Of a DNA stretch of 64,000 bases, positions 40,256 through 54,045 are shown in pieces. How positions within the stretch are numbered: position 1 is the stretch's first letter; the number at the start of each line of letters is the position of its first letter. A program made the translations under genes and the position numbers. Under the pieces are notes generated by a model. That model was not told where the DNA came from, searched no databases, and saw only the letters and a list, made by a program, of their open reading frames with translations. Source of the stretch: the human T2T-CHM13v2.0 reference genome, Homo sapiens; NCBI RefSeq assembly GCF_009914755.1, contig NC_060926.1; one strand, 5' to 3'.

Positions 40256-42510
40256 AAAGTGCCAGGCTCAAAGTCATATTCAAATATTGGAAACATCACT
40301 TGTAGTTCCAAATGCATTCACTAAGGAATTTATAGATGGAATTTCTACAAAGAGAAAATTAATAATGGACCAACTAATATTTCTATTGTAATAATAATTA
40401 TTATTATCATGTTTATTTTACTATATACTTCTCCTTAGGAAAATAGTGGTTATCAAAGATGACAGCCCTACAGGAAGAGATAGAAAGAAAAGTCATCTGA
40501 TGCTCCTTTATTCACGTTTTTCTATTTCAAATATGGAAAAGCTGGCCTTATTATTTAGCTTTGTACACTTATAGAAAATTTGAGAATAAGAAATGCATTC
40601 GTAATAAATGGGCTCTTTTTTCTAGGAAAGAAAAAAAAGTATCTTTCATAAACCTGGGGTGATATTTTTTTAAATACACTTTCACATACAAGCCCAGGGA
40701 TTATGTTCTGCTAAAAATAATGAAGATGCAGATATTAAGGTTCTGTGTAGTTTTTAGTCAAGAAAAAAAAAGCTCTCAGAAACAGCTACACGGTTGATAA
40801 AGTGTGGTTGAGTTTCCCTTCGACGACTTGTCACAGAAGGGCACCAGCAAGTCCTGTGGCTGAATTTTACAAATCACTAAGCAAGTTTTGGAGCGTTAAC
40901 ATATTGAGGGAGAAGAAATATAATAACAAAGGTGATTGTCCCACATCCTTCCTGGTGGATTCAGGAAGATGGAAAATATTTCTTTTCTGTATACAAAAGA
41001 AAGAAAAAGAGTCCTGAAGGGGACATTCACCATCAGGAACTTTAGGTTAACAGAGACAAGACCTCAATCAATGAGCCTGAGAATTGCTGGCATGGTAACT
41101 CCTGGGTTGCTGCTGCTAAAAGTTCCTGGTAGATACCAGGCTAAGAGATATATCAAAGAAAGAATATTTATTATCGTTCTCATTCTAATAAAAGCCTGGA
41201 TATTGCATACCAAGTGTTTAAATACAAATTTCCCTGTCACTTGTTCTACTTAGAATGGAAGGGCAAGGTCCTTTTTACATTGCAAGACATTGCAATATAG
41301 CAAATAAATTACAACCAAGGGCCACATGGGGTAACAGTTTAAAGTGTAATTAAACTCTGTGTATTTAAAAGAAAAACAAGTATTTCATATATCTGATATT
41401 AAAATGGAAAAGAAGGATACACTCACAGGCCACATGGAAGTAAAAAAATAATTGTTTTATGAAAGAGGCCAATGAGATTTAAAAATATGATTGTAAAATT
41501 AAAAACTGGGAACAAATACTTATTTTCATATTATATCAGTTTGATAGTAAGGTAAGTAAGGTCATAGAAGGCAAGAAGAGGATTAGGAAAAGAGAAAAGA
41601 GAATGAGGAGAAAAAGAGACAGGCAAGATGAAGGATAGGAGGAGGGAGAAGGGGAAAAATGGGGCGCACCAGGGGAAGCCATTACACAAAAGGAACGGCA
41701 GGTGTGGGATGTCCAAAAAGAAGAAATTAAGAGGACAAGACAAATAAATGGAAAGAGGAGAGGAAACACAGAAAGACTAAGAGAAAAGAGGAGATGTTGA
41801 GATAGCCAGCAGTTCAGGGGACTCTGAAGCATGATAGATAAATGCATTTAACTATTCCTTTGAGCTTTGGAGCATTAACTGTTGTGATCACTGTCTTTGG
41901 AAATGTCATTTAGCTGTTTAACAAAACTGGTCACAGATGACTTTAGAAGAATTGCGGGGGTTAAGTAGTTTCTAGGGTAATGGTAGATAATCCAAATAAA
42001 AATATCTTGAGTCCAAAAACAAATCTGACAATCTTGGAGGACACTTCCTGGAAGCAAGTAGAGAAGTACAGACTAGAAAAACATAAATATTCTGTGCTCT
42101 TGGTTCTTCAGGGGAAAGCAGAAGTGGTGGTGGTGGCAGAGCATTTGCTTTCACCAAAGGCTGAGCTCTGGCTCTTTACATACATTAATGTGCTTCAAGT
42201 TACCACCCTTACATCAGAGAGTTCCCAGCCTGACCTTTTATATTCTCCCTAGCAAATCACTCTGCCTTGCCCAAAAGATATCACCACGGTGATTTAAATA
42301 AACATATGAAATGCAGAATACATTTTCTTTGCTCCAACATTGCCATTATTAACTACATCATCACCACTGGAGTCACAGTCTTTCTCTCCTGCTCCATCCT
42401 TCCAACCTTGTTCATTCCTCTTCTCTACTGGTAATAGATGAATTGCTTGATCCCCTGAACCTTCATGTCTCCAACAGTCACAGCCTGGAGCATGATAGCC
42501 CTGCACCTGA

Positions 42511-42891
<381 letters not shown>

Positions 42892-42997
42892 CCTAGCTCA
42901 GCATTATTAGCTAAACCCCCTGGTCCTAATCTGACCTTGTAACCCAGTGCTGGTATTTAGGCCACTTACCCTGTGACTGAATTTTTCATTATATTCC

Positions 42998-43358
42998 TGA
43001 TATGGTTTGGCTGTGTCCCCAGCCAAATCTCATTTCAAATTGTAACTCCCACAATTCCCACATGTTGTGGAAGGAATCTGGTGGGAGGTGATTGAATTAT
43101 GGGGGCAGATCTTTCCTGTGTTGTTCTCATGATAGTGAATGAGTCTTCCAAGATCTGATGGTTTTAAAAATGGGAGTTTCCCTGCACAGGCTCTCTCTTT
43201 GCCTGCCACCATCCACGTAAAATGTGACTTGCTCCTCCTTGCCTTCTGCCAGGAGTGTGAGGCCTCCTCAGCCACGTGGAACTGTGAGTCCATTAAGCCT
43301 CTTTTTCTTCCCAGTCTCGGGTATGTCTTTATCAGCAGCATGAGAATAGACTAATACA
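42998..43358 (+). mobile_element. THE1 MaLR solo LTR
   Basis: TGATATGGTTTGGCTGTGTCCCC...GACTAATACA; 5-bp TSD ATTCC/TTTCC. Confidence 0.93.
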
Positions 43359-43671
43359 TTTCCTTTCCCTCATTTATTCATGTAACATATAACATTTTTA
43401 TTGAGTATCTACCTACTATGTGCTAGGTACCATGCCAAACACAGGGAGTGCTACAAAGCCAAGAAAATCATAGCATCTGCCTTCAAGGAGCTCACAGTCT
43501 AATGGAGAGAAAGACAGGTGAGCCAAAATTAAAGCAACCAAAACTGGAATAAATAGCAAGAGTCATACAGATAAATTACTATGGAAGTTAGTGGAAAAAA
43601 GAATGAACTTCCATGGAGAGTTTGCCATTCTCATTATTTATCTTGACAAAGTCATAGTCTAGGCCTCATTC

Positions 43672-44315
43672 CAGTCTGGCTCCATGAGCCTGCATCCAGT
43701 GCATTCACCCAGGGTCCTGTGCCAAGAAGAGTCCCCAAACCCACCCTTGAAGTTTAATGCACTACAGTCATTATCTTGAAATTCTTAATAATTTTATTTT
43801 GGAATTTTTATTTTGTACATGAGGTCTGATGGAGCATGCCTCAGAGGTTCACATACAGTCCAGCCTCCTGATGGGTTCTCAGCCTCTGCCTCCTGCCCTA
43901 GCTCCATGAGCCCTGCCTTGTTCTATTCAGGGCTGCAACAGGGTCAATGAACAGAGATACCTGTGTTCTACTGTTGCCCTCTGTGTCTAGCAGGGTCCAG
44001 GGTATGGGTATGGGGAGAGTCAGTGTCCCTGGGTAGGGAAAGGCCCTGGCCATCTTGGGATGTCCCCACCCCAGGCCGGCAGCACCATGGCATGTTCATT
44101 AAGTGACTCTATGGGGGCTTCCTGCCCACCCCTGATCCAGGTAGCAAGCTTGTCAGGCACAGAGGTTGTCATCTTTTGGGGCTTGCCCATCTACCATGGG
44201 TCGGGTGGCTGCCTGCAGGGGCTGGCCTAGGGAAGGGGAGATTGACTTCCCTGTCCCTAGAAAGAACCCTGTTTTCATTTTTCACTGAGTCCTATAAATT
44301 ATGTAGCTGGGTCTG
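43672..44315 (+). mobile_element. MER45-family (hAT-Tip100) element
   Basis: TTTAATGC..CTTGAAATTCTTAATAATTTT and terminal AAATTATGTAGCTGGGTCTG. Confidence 0.75.
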
Positions 44316-44659
44316 ATCCCAGTTCTTGACCTTGTAACCCTCAGAGCTTAGAGGCAACAATCTCATTAGCAAATTTCCTACCTCCAGTGTCCTATTTCCC
44401 AGAGTCCTATTCTCCAATCCATTCTGAAGAGTGAAAACTGAAACAGGAAGAATCATCTCCCTGTGCCATTCTGATCCCTTTCCCAAAGCCTAACTGGCTT
44501 TCCCTCTCAGATTTTGTTATGGGCAGTTAATCATGCACACAAGCACAGGCCTGTGAAAATCATGACCTGCTGGAGAGGACGCTCACCACTTAAAGGCCCT
44601 GGACTTTGACGGCATGCAGTGACTGGATGGGACTGGGGCTGGGGCCCACTCTGGGTCAG

Positions 44660-45047
44660 GTTGAAGCTACATTTGCCAGCCTCCCTGCACTTGGCTATGG
44701 CCACATCCCTGGGTTCTAGAGTCTAGAAAGACATTGAAATATGAGCAAGAAATGTGTGCCACTTCCTGACAGGACAGGAAAATCTCTCATTTCATTTCCC
44801 ATTTTTCTCTGTCTCTTCCCTCATCTGCTGATGGGCTGTTAATGCTGACAGCACCCTTTGAACCCCTGTGTTGAGGCTCAGGAAGGAAAGAATCCTCTCT
44901 TGGAGGAGAGCCATCTATCAATCAGGAAGACTGTGCTGAGCCTCAGAAGAGTGAGAAATGAGCTTCCATTGTGTTACTCCTGTGTGCCACTGAGCTTTGG
45001 AAGGGTATCTGAGAAAGCAAATATGGTTTCTTTAAGTAATGATTAGT
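44660..45047 (+). mobile_element. MLT1J/I-like MaLR LTR relic
   Basis: CCAGCCTCCCTGCAC..GGCCAC..TGTGTGCCACTTCC..GCCACTGAG. Confidence 0.55.
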
Positions 45048-45635
45048 ACATATATGGAAAAAAAATAAAAGAAAACAAAAAGAGAAGAGAAAAATTAGTC
45101 ATAAGCCCACACTCAGAGATTACCTCTATCAATGTTTTGGCATATTGACCTCCACCCTTTGACCATGCAGTATTCTAATTTCTTTTTACTGAGCCCAAAC
45201 AAAGTGACAAACAGTGTTAAGCACTTTTCAGGTTTAATCTTGGCAACCTCTTAAGACAGAAGGTATCATTATCCTCATTTTAGAATTGCAGAAACTAGCA
45301 ACTAGAGAGGTAAAATATGGCACAGCCCTTGGATATGGTGGAACTGGGAATCGAATTCGGTCTGATTCTGAAAATGATGCACTCCACCATTTCCCTTATG
45401 CGTCTGTTGTTACTGTTAAGAAAACTGAGATTCTGTTGAATAAACTTTGTTCACTTAATAGTATTCTCTGAGCAATCTCCTATGATTAAATATTCCCTTT
45501 TATAATATATCATAATTGATTCATCCAACCCTCTAGTTGGATGTTTGGATTGATAATTTATTATTATTATAGATAATACTGCAACAAGTATTCATATAGA
45601 CAAATCTTTGCACATACCCATAAAATTTTTCTTAG

Positions 45636-45914
<279 letters not shown>

Positions 45915-45974
45915 TAAGGCAGTATACGGTTCTTGCCAAATTATCCTATATCAGTTGTGGTTGGCAGAGTCGGG

Positions 45975-46172
45975 CAGTGGGGGTGTGATTTTACTACCAG
46001 GGGATATTTGACAATGTCTGGAGACTTTTTAAATTGTCCAGACTAGGCAAGTATCTAGTGGAGAGAGGCAAGGGATGCTACTAAACAACCATCCTACAAT
46101 GCACAGGTCACCCTACCTCCAACAAAGAATTATCTGTCCAAGATGCCAATAATACCCCTGTTGAGAAAGCTA
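45975..46172 (+). mobile_element. MER20 (hAT-Charlie)
   Basis: GGGGATATTTGACAATGTCTGGAGAC...CATCCTACAATGCACAGG...AAAGAATTATC. Confidence 0.85.
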
Positions 46173-48061
46173 ACCCACATAATGACCTCATCAGTGTGTG
46201 TCAGTCTTGAGACAAAATAAAGTTTATAATAAAGTCTCTTCCACTTACTCAAACATGATCTACCAAGCGTCTACTCTATGCCAGATCCCGTGGTAGGTAC
46301 TAAGTTAGAATTCAAGCATGAGGGTGAGATAAATAGGGAAGAGTAAAGAGAGAAGGTGGCTCGGAAGCAAAGTTTGACTTCACTTGGTAGTAAGAAAGCA
46401 TATCTATTCCATTTTATACCTTCATATCTTTCTATATAATTTTCTATTAAATTATTTCCATGCGATTCTTCATTAAATATATAACCTCACAAGGTAGTCA
46501 CAAGAAATGATTAATATTGCTATATTGCTACCTACAGGAATGGTTGATCCTGATTCTTTTTAGGCTATTTCTGAAGAACAAAATTAGTTTTTTCTTCAAC
46601 AGAAACCCAAAGTCTTAAGTATGAAACATTCTTATAATGACAGTAGCTCTTCTTCCCCCAGTTGACCTTTTTGTTCTTTAACATAGCAAATAATCTTAAT
46701 TTGGTTAAGTCAGAGGTAGAAAAATATTTTCCTGCCCTTTATATTTTAAAACTCCTTTCTATCTATTCACAGCAGGCATGAGTAAAAGAAAGGATCAAAT
46801 CAGAGGCTGTTCCTCTTGTTCATTCATTTTAAAAATGAATGGCAAAAGAGATTGGGGAGAGATGCCTCAGCTTCCAGCTGTTCGTCTCCCTGCTTGGTTA
46901 ATTCATGGCACATTGGCTGCCACTGGTTCCTCTCTTTGCTTCTCTGCATGATAATTTTAGGGTTATGATAAAAAGGAGGGCTATGGCTAGGGCTGTCTTG
47001 GGCTTTCAAAGCCAATGATCAAAGATGGGGAAGTGAGAGAATCTGACTCCAGTCTCATATACCTGAAGACAGAAAAAAAAAAAAAAAAGAAGCTACCTTA
47101 GCAGTTGCACAGAGTAACAGAGTGTGCACCCTCTCACTTAGTGGTTCTCTGGAAGCAAAAGGAAAAAGAGGCTAACAGGGAAGTGTGAGTAGCCATAAAG
47201 GTGGCCATTAGAAAGAGGGAATTAGAGCTTCACTTTTCCAGAGGACTTTATTCAGAAAAGAACAAAAATCTGGACTGGTTTCTTGAGCAACCCTGGGATA
47301 ATCTTTCCCACAGTGTCCCAAGCCTGCAGTTCTTAATGCCATTACAGCTGTTATGAAAACTTTAAATATGTAATCATGCATATTAAGTTGCCAAATACCC
47401 ATAAAAACTGTTAGTTCATTAAACTGTGCATACCCATTTAAATGAAAAAGGAGTACCATTTAATTTTTTAATTGAAAAATGTAAAGGTTAAAACATTCTG
47501 GTAATCTGATAAAGTAGTACATGCAACATAAATGCAAAAATGTAATGCTAGTATTAAAAGTATCATCATTTCCAAACACAAAAACATAAAGAAAGCCTAT
47601 GTTTTATATAAGGAATAGTCAACACATCTGCAATAAAATTGTGTCATAGATATACTTAGCCTACTAAATTATTAGATCTTGATTATAGGCATGAGATTTA
47701 GTGTTCATTTATTCTTTAATGCCAGCTGCTAGAATTGATTTAGTTTGCAAGTGCTTGAGCCAAATACCATCATTTTTAAAAATTTTTAATATTTTGACAA
47801 CAAAACTACAAATCATCAACTTGGAGATTTCATATGGGGATTTATTTCACAGAGACCCAATGTATACTTCGGAAATTGCATTTTGTACTAGAAAAATAGG
47901 CATGTTGATCAATTGTAACAAGAAATTTAACATATCTGTGTTTGTCAAAGGTAGAATATTTATTATGGACTCTAAATCCTGACAGCATAATATTCATTTA
48001 AAGGATTTGATCTCTTTACATTTTAAAGTAATCATTTCTTGTGTTTCAGGGATTATGTATG

Positions 48062-48629
48062 TGTGGTACTGTGTTAAACAGTACCTAGGATTTGTTTTAA
48101 TGGGGTATGGTAAAGCAAACACAGAAATGACTGTCATGAAGAAAGTTCATACTCACAGACCCTAGAAACGGGAGGCATGGCACACTGTGCAGGGCCGCAT
48201 AGGGAAAGGCCAGGGTCAGTCCAGAGGCAGAAACAGGGCAGAGCATGGCACAGAACCTTTACTAGGGTCTTCAGGGAAGGATGAACTAGACAGGGTAGGT
48301 AGCTGAGTAAGTTTAGGATTGGCTAGTTTGAATAATTTTGGCAAACTATGGGCTATAGGAGTGGTCTTTAGTTGTTGGGTACCTGGCCCTGGGTGATTTA
48401 GGGCAAGGAGAATATTGTCTGGGTGTATGAGAGTTTGATAAAGGAGATAGTTAGGGCTCTGGATCGGCTGATTTATATATCAGAGGTACCCTCAAAAGGG
48501 AGTTCTTCACTCTCTCCAGAAATTAGCTAGCCCTGGGAGGGGCATTCTCTCCAGGGTCGTAAGCCTCAAATGCTAGAACATCAAGAACACAGAAAATGTG
48601 GAATTATAGTCAATACAGGTACTACCACA
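48062..48629 (-). mobile_element. ERVL-class solo LTR (MER76-like)
   Basis: TG...CA ends with short inverted termini (TGTGGTA/TACCACA); TTTAGGATTGGCTAGTTTGAATAATT motif. Confidence 0.6.
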
Positions 48630-49149
48630 TTTTAGATCAAAACTCTCCTATTATGTTCAAAGCCCTTTCCAAAGACAACACTGTGAATAAAGCCTTCTGG
48701 ACTGTGTATTTTAAAACATTAATAAGGCCTTACATTTCTGACTTTATCCATTGGAAAATGCTTTTCCATTATCTCATTGCCATCTAATGATTCGATTTGA
48801 TGATTAGAGGTTTACAAAATACTATGGGGTAGACATGTCTGAACATATTATCCCTATATTATAGCTAAAAAACTAAGGCAGAACTGGGAATAGAACCACA
48901 ATTCCTGACTGTAAGTCTAGAGCATGTTCTGTCACACTCTGATGCCTTTTACAGTTTAACAATGTTATTAGTAACCTAAGAATTCAATTGTCAGGCAAAT
49001 GGATTTAATGAGGTTGTACAGAGAACAGGTTGCACAAACTAGATCAAAGTCACCTCTTCGCTGTAGGTGTGTTCGGCCAAGGTTACCTTTTATGGACTGT
49101 CTTTGGGGATACAGAATCTCACGAATAAACAGAATAACTTGAAGAGAAT

Positions 49150-49345
49150 AAGGGAGTCAGCTCCCTCACTTACCAACGGAGTCACTTTAAGCAAATTACT
49201 TAAACTGTCCAAGCCTCAGTTTCTCCTTTTGTAAAATGGGTGTGGTCATAGTTACCTCAGGGGATTGTTGAGAGGATTAAAAGAGACAATGCTTGCTAAC
49301 GAGCTGTGTGGCTCAAAGTTAGTACTCCATAAATGAAGTTACTAT
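49150..49345 (+). mobile_element. MIR
   Basis: AAGCCTCAGTTTCTCCTTTTGTAAAATGGG core. Confidence 0.8.
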
Positions 49346-49411
49346 TCATCCACAGTGAAGCTTCCCTCTACCTTCTGTTATTATGTTAAAAAAAAAAAAA
49401 AGTAGACACCC

Positions 49412-49545
49412 TGCCGGGCTCAGTGGCACACATTTATAGTCCCAGCTACTCATGTGGTTGAGGTGGGAGGATCACTTGAGCCCAGGAGTTTTAATTCAGC
49501 CTGGGCAACATAGTAAGATCTTGTCTCTAAAAAAAAGAAAAAAAT
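49412..49545 (+). mobile_element. FLAM/Alu monomer
   Basis: Single arm with poly-A; TSD TAGACACCCT. Confidence 0.85.
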
Positions 49546-51036
49546 AGACACCCTAAAGAGGTATCTCATAGGTTTCCCCTTTTTTTTTCTTCAGGAAAAA
49601 AAGATTTTTTCTCCTGAATTTGCGACAGCCTTTAAGCTATATTTTATGATAGGAAACATAATTTGTCATTAATATATGAAACCACTGTTCAGTCAAAAAC
49701 AACCAATTAATGAAAAAAACCTCAGGAATTATAGAAAGTATATTTTTTAATGCCAGAAAACCTTCTTTACTATTTTAATCCAAATAAATAAATATAGCCT
49801 CAATGCCTATAAATGACCAGGAACTGAAACTTCTCCTAAAATATTAGCAACTTAACCCACTCTTTTATGATTAAACTGCCTTTATCTGATTAAAATTTCA
49901 CTTTCCAAAAGAATGTGGTTATATGGCAAAATACTACCCTTAAAATAAGCAGCAAGCAATGTACCTCAAGGACCTTGTTGACTTTCCTATAAAACAACTA
50001 AAAGCTGTTTCAGAGAAAAGTTTGTATGACTCTTCAACATTATATTCAACATGAAACCCTAACTTCCAAATTAAGCCAGGCTTGTCAATAAACAGGTGAC
50101 CCAAACCTCAGGAACCAAAATAAATTGGTCAGAATAGTAAACATTTAGCTTATGGGTTGGGAAAAAAATTTAGTTAACCTTAAATTACCTTTACATGATT
50201 CTGTAGGAACTGTGCCTTTCTGTAATCTATCCTCATGTACAAAGCAGCAAATGTAATTTGTCCTTGTGTTTATCACGATCATGTGTCTGTCAGGAAGAGA
50301 GGCTGAAATAGCAGAGTTTCCTACTTCAAACACAAAATCAACTCTGGTTCTGGGCTAGTGAACATGTTTGCGCGCTTGGGGGAATTTTTTTTAAACACTG
50401 TGCAAAGCTGGAATAAGATTTCATGAAACTCCTTTATAATATCAGTGTTGGAGTAGGATCAACATCTGCCTTTTTAGACAAATCTCAGCAACTCAATAAC
50501 ATGAGTGTAGACCATATCTATCAGCACTGGCTCATCAGGGAACGAAGCACTCTCATCGCTGAATTTTCTAGACACCCAAAATTAATTCCTCCTGAGGCAA
50601 ACACTTTCAATGTGATTATTTCAATGGAGATTATTCCAAAAAGAAAACTGAAATTCAATGAAGTACTAAATATTGTTATTCATATTATTAGAAAATATAT
50701 ATAATAAATATATATCAGCATATTATAATGCATTCTTAAATACAATTTTATGTATAATTTTTTGTGTTGTTTTCCAACTCCTCTCTTCAAGGATAAGGCA
50801 CTCAGCTCTCTCTTCTCATATCATGAGAAGGCAAGCAGGTTCTAAATGAGCAAAGATGGAGAAGAAGTAGTCCTGGCAGAAAGGATGCAAAATACAGGAA
50901 TAGAAAAGCACTATCTGGGCATTGAAAACAGCCTATAATTTAATTAGGATGGTGCTGAGGCCACATGAAGGGCTGAAGTAGACAAGGCTGGATTAAGATT
51001 GAACTTCTCTACCTTAGACTCCATATGACTCAGATT

Positions 51037-51713
51037 CAGGGCCCGCTTCGTGAGCATGTGACCAGTGCAGTGGCATGAAAGACCCCTGCTTGAGGTTTAA
51101 TGCTATGCTGTGCGAGATTCTTAATACTTTTTATCATTGAATTTGTGCTTTGTAAGCATAGTCCAATGGAACAATGGAGTATGAGCCCCAGAGTCCAGAA
51201 CCTTGGTTCACATACAGTCTCCCCTCCCACTGCCTGCCCAGGACTGGTTTTTGGCCACCTGATCCCCGCTCCATGGTGTCCCAGGCCTCACCCATCCTTC
51301 CCAGTCTCACCTCTGCCCTTAGCAACCAGGTCACATGGGCTGAGGGAGAGGCCCACATTCATGTCTGCCATTGCACTCTGCTCTTAGATGGGGTCTAGGG
51401 AGGGTACGGAGAAGGGCAGGTGCATGCCCCACACCACCTCAGGGAAGTGCAAGGATGTGGCCCTCCTCACCCAGAGCTGGCAGCAGCATGGCACCTCAGG
51501 CAGGCAATTCAGCGGGGGCCCCTTGCCCACCTTCAATCCAAATACTGAGAATGCCTCAGCCTAGAGGTTGCAATCCCTTCGGACTCTCAGACTGGAGCTT
51601 GCTATGGATTAGGGGACAGACTCTTGGGAAGGGGAGACTGACTTCTTTAACCCCGGCCAGAGTCCTGCTTTACCATCTTGCACTAGGCTCCACAGATTAT
51701 GTAGCTGGCCCTA
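51037..51713 (+). mobile_element. MER45-family (hAT-Tip100) element
   Basis: TIRs CAGGGCCCGCT / AGCTGGCCCTA; degenerate 8-bp TSD CTCAGATT/CTTAGAAT. Confidence 0.8.
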
Positions 51714-51789
51714 CTTAGAATCTTTCCCCTTAACCCAGCTTCTCTCCCTGTTCTGGATAAAGGCATCACACTTCCTCATATCTCCTGGG

Positions 51790-52400
51790 TTTAGAATCTG
51801 AGTCATCATTGCCCTCCCTCCCTCCTTTCCCAAATCCAAACCCACAGGCCACTTCCCATCTGTCTCCTTCTGCCCATTCCCACTGTTCATGCTTGAGTTT
51901 AATTGTTCATCATGGCTCCACCAGACCATGACAGTAGACTCCTAATCATTTCCACAGCTTTGAGCCTCTCCTTGTTCAATCCATTCAGCTGCTGCCACCA
52001 GGTTACCCAAAACACCACTTTGATCATGCTAAGATATTTTTAATGGCTCCCTGTGGCCTACTCTTGGTGAAGTTCAAACTCTTTAGCTAGGTGTTCAAAG
52101 TCCTTCCTTCTTTTGTCCTCACCTTACTTTTGCAAATCATTCTATGACAATAGAATGTCATATATATGCAATATGCAATATTTTGGCCAAATTAAACCAC
52201 TCACTCTCCCTTATACATATTTTATGCTTGGTCATCACTGTGTCTCTGCTAAAGCTATTTTGTTGGACTTGGAATCACTTCTCCCTACCCCACAACTATC
52301 TCTAACTGGAAAATCTAATCCTATTTATAGCTGGAATGGTGCCTCCTCCATGAAGTCTTTCATTATGAGCCCAGTCACAAAGTGACTCCATACTTGTCCA
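51790..52400 (+). mobile_element. L2 relic
   Basis: TTTAATGGCTCCCTGTGGCCTAC..AAGTTCAAACTCTTTAGC..TTCAAAG. Confidence 0.65.
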
Positions 52401-53839
52401 AGACTAACATCATTTAGTTTGTACAGCTTGGTACTAGTTTTTTGTGGACAGTACATGGCTGTCTACTGTACACCCTTGGAGAGCAGAAGCATATCCTGCC
52501 CTTTGTACACCGATAGGCCCTCTACCCAAGGCCTTGGGGATAATGGGCTCTTTCTGTGCATGTTTGTTGGAACTAATGAATAAATGAAGCTGTTGTGTAA
52601 ACAGATCAGGCCTTCTGAAAGGCAGGCGCACCTGTAACCCTTCAGCGTCATCCCCTTTCCTGCTCTCAGTTCATCTAACAAAACATCCTGCTGCTTTTCA
52701 CACCCAAGCCCATCAAACACCTGTATTATCATTATCAACACTGACAAAAATTCACCTCACGATTTTTATGAATGTTTAAAGTGCTATATTCTGAATGCTT
52801 AGAATAATCTCAGAGAACACCTGTTACTTGAATGCTCTTATTTTCAACCTCTTGAGGGCAATTTTTTCATTACTATATTAAAGTGGACTGTTAAATAACT
52901 TATAACTATCTGGGGAAAGGTATACTGCAGTCACTATGATCTGGACTGGATACCTAAAAATGAATGTTTTTTTTTTTTCCATTTACGATTTATTTTTTTC
53001 CTAATTTCAAGTCTGTCTTTTAGGACTAATTGAGGAAAGTAATGCAAAATAATGAAATAAACTGAGGGGTTTTGGGCTGTCAGAACTTCTATTCAATTTT
53101 AGCATTTCATTAAATATTCTACCCTTGACTCCAGAATGCCACGCTTATCATCATAATTTTGTCTCTTCAATGCCTTTCTCTTGCCCATATTAGGAACCCC
53201 CAAGAGTATCATCAATATAATTATTAAATGATTAAATTTGGAAATTCTGTGTGATAAAAAAAAAACCTTACCTCCTGAAGAAAAAATACACTGTCTGAAG
53301 CTGAGCAAGAAACACCTTAAAAATATAGTAGTTAACAAAGAATCAGGAAGGATGGTTACATATTTACATAGAAACTTCAAGATGCTTGCATATATGGTAC
53401 AAATTAAAACATCATCACAAAAGAACATGTATTTGGAAGGTTGTCGGTTTTCATTAAGAGAAATCTGTAACACCAGGAAATGCAAAGGATGGAGGAAAAT
53501 GCTAGAACTGGGGAAGGATGCAACATCCTTCCCTAAAACAACCCTATAAAAAGTTTATACTGCATGTCTTACTAACAGGAACAAAGTATAGAACTTTTGA
53601 TAGGCTAGGATATAGTGTTACCAAACCACATTTAGGGACATTTTAAGTAGAGAATGGAAGGATAGATATTTTCATGTTCCTTGAATGTAAACCTGGTTTC
53701 AAAATACTTAATTTAAGGGTGGAGCATGGAAAAGATTAGGCTGGTCAAAATGTGCTGACTTCACATCTCAGTTCCAGATAAGGAGAAAAACAATATAAAA
53801 TAAGGTAAACAGAAAGAAAAAGAATATCAGCAAACTAGG

Positions 53840-54045
53840 TATCATCATTATCTTCATAAACTGTAACCATTTCCTGGGTAATTGCAATGTACCAGATATT
53901 ATTTTAGGGGCTTTGACACAATATCTCATTTTATTGAGATAAACAAAAATAATCTTTGCTAGGTAGGTATTATTGTCCCCATTTTATGGGTGAGGAAATT
54001 GAGGCTGTGAGAGATTAAGAAATTCTCCAAGGTCACACCATTGGT
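53840..54045 (-). mobile_element. MIR
   Basis: CCCCATTTTATGGGTGAGGAAATTGAGGCT..CCAAGGTCACAC. Confidence 0.75.

Noticed and set aside
41560-41800. Purine-rich stretch with hydrophobic minus-strand ORFs
   Set aside because: GA low complexity; no mirror symmetry or splice structure seen.
49590-49618. Small hairpin TTCAGGA..TCCTGAA
   Set aside because: Mostly A/T runs, too short for a structured RNA call.
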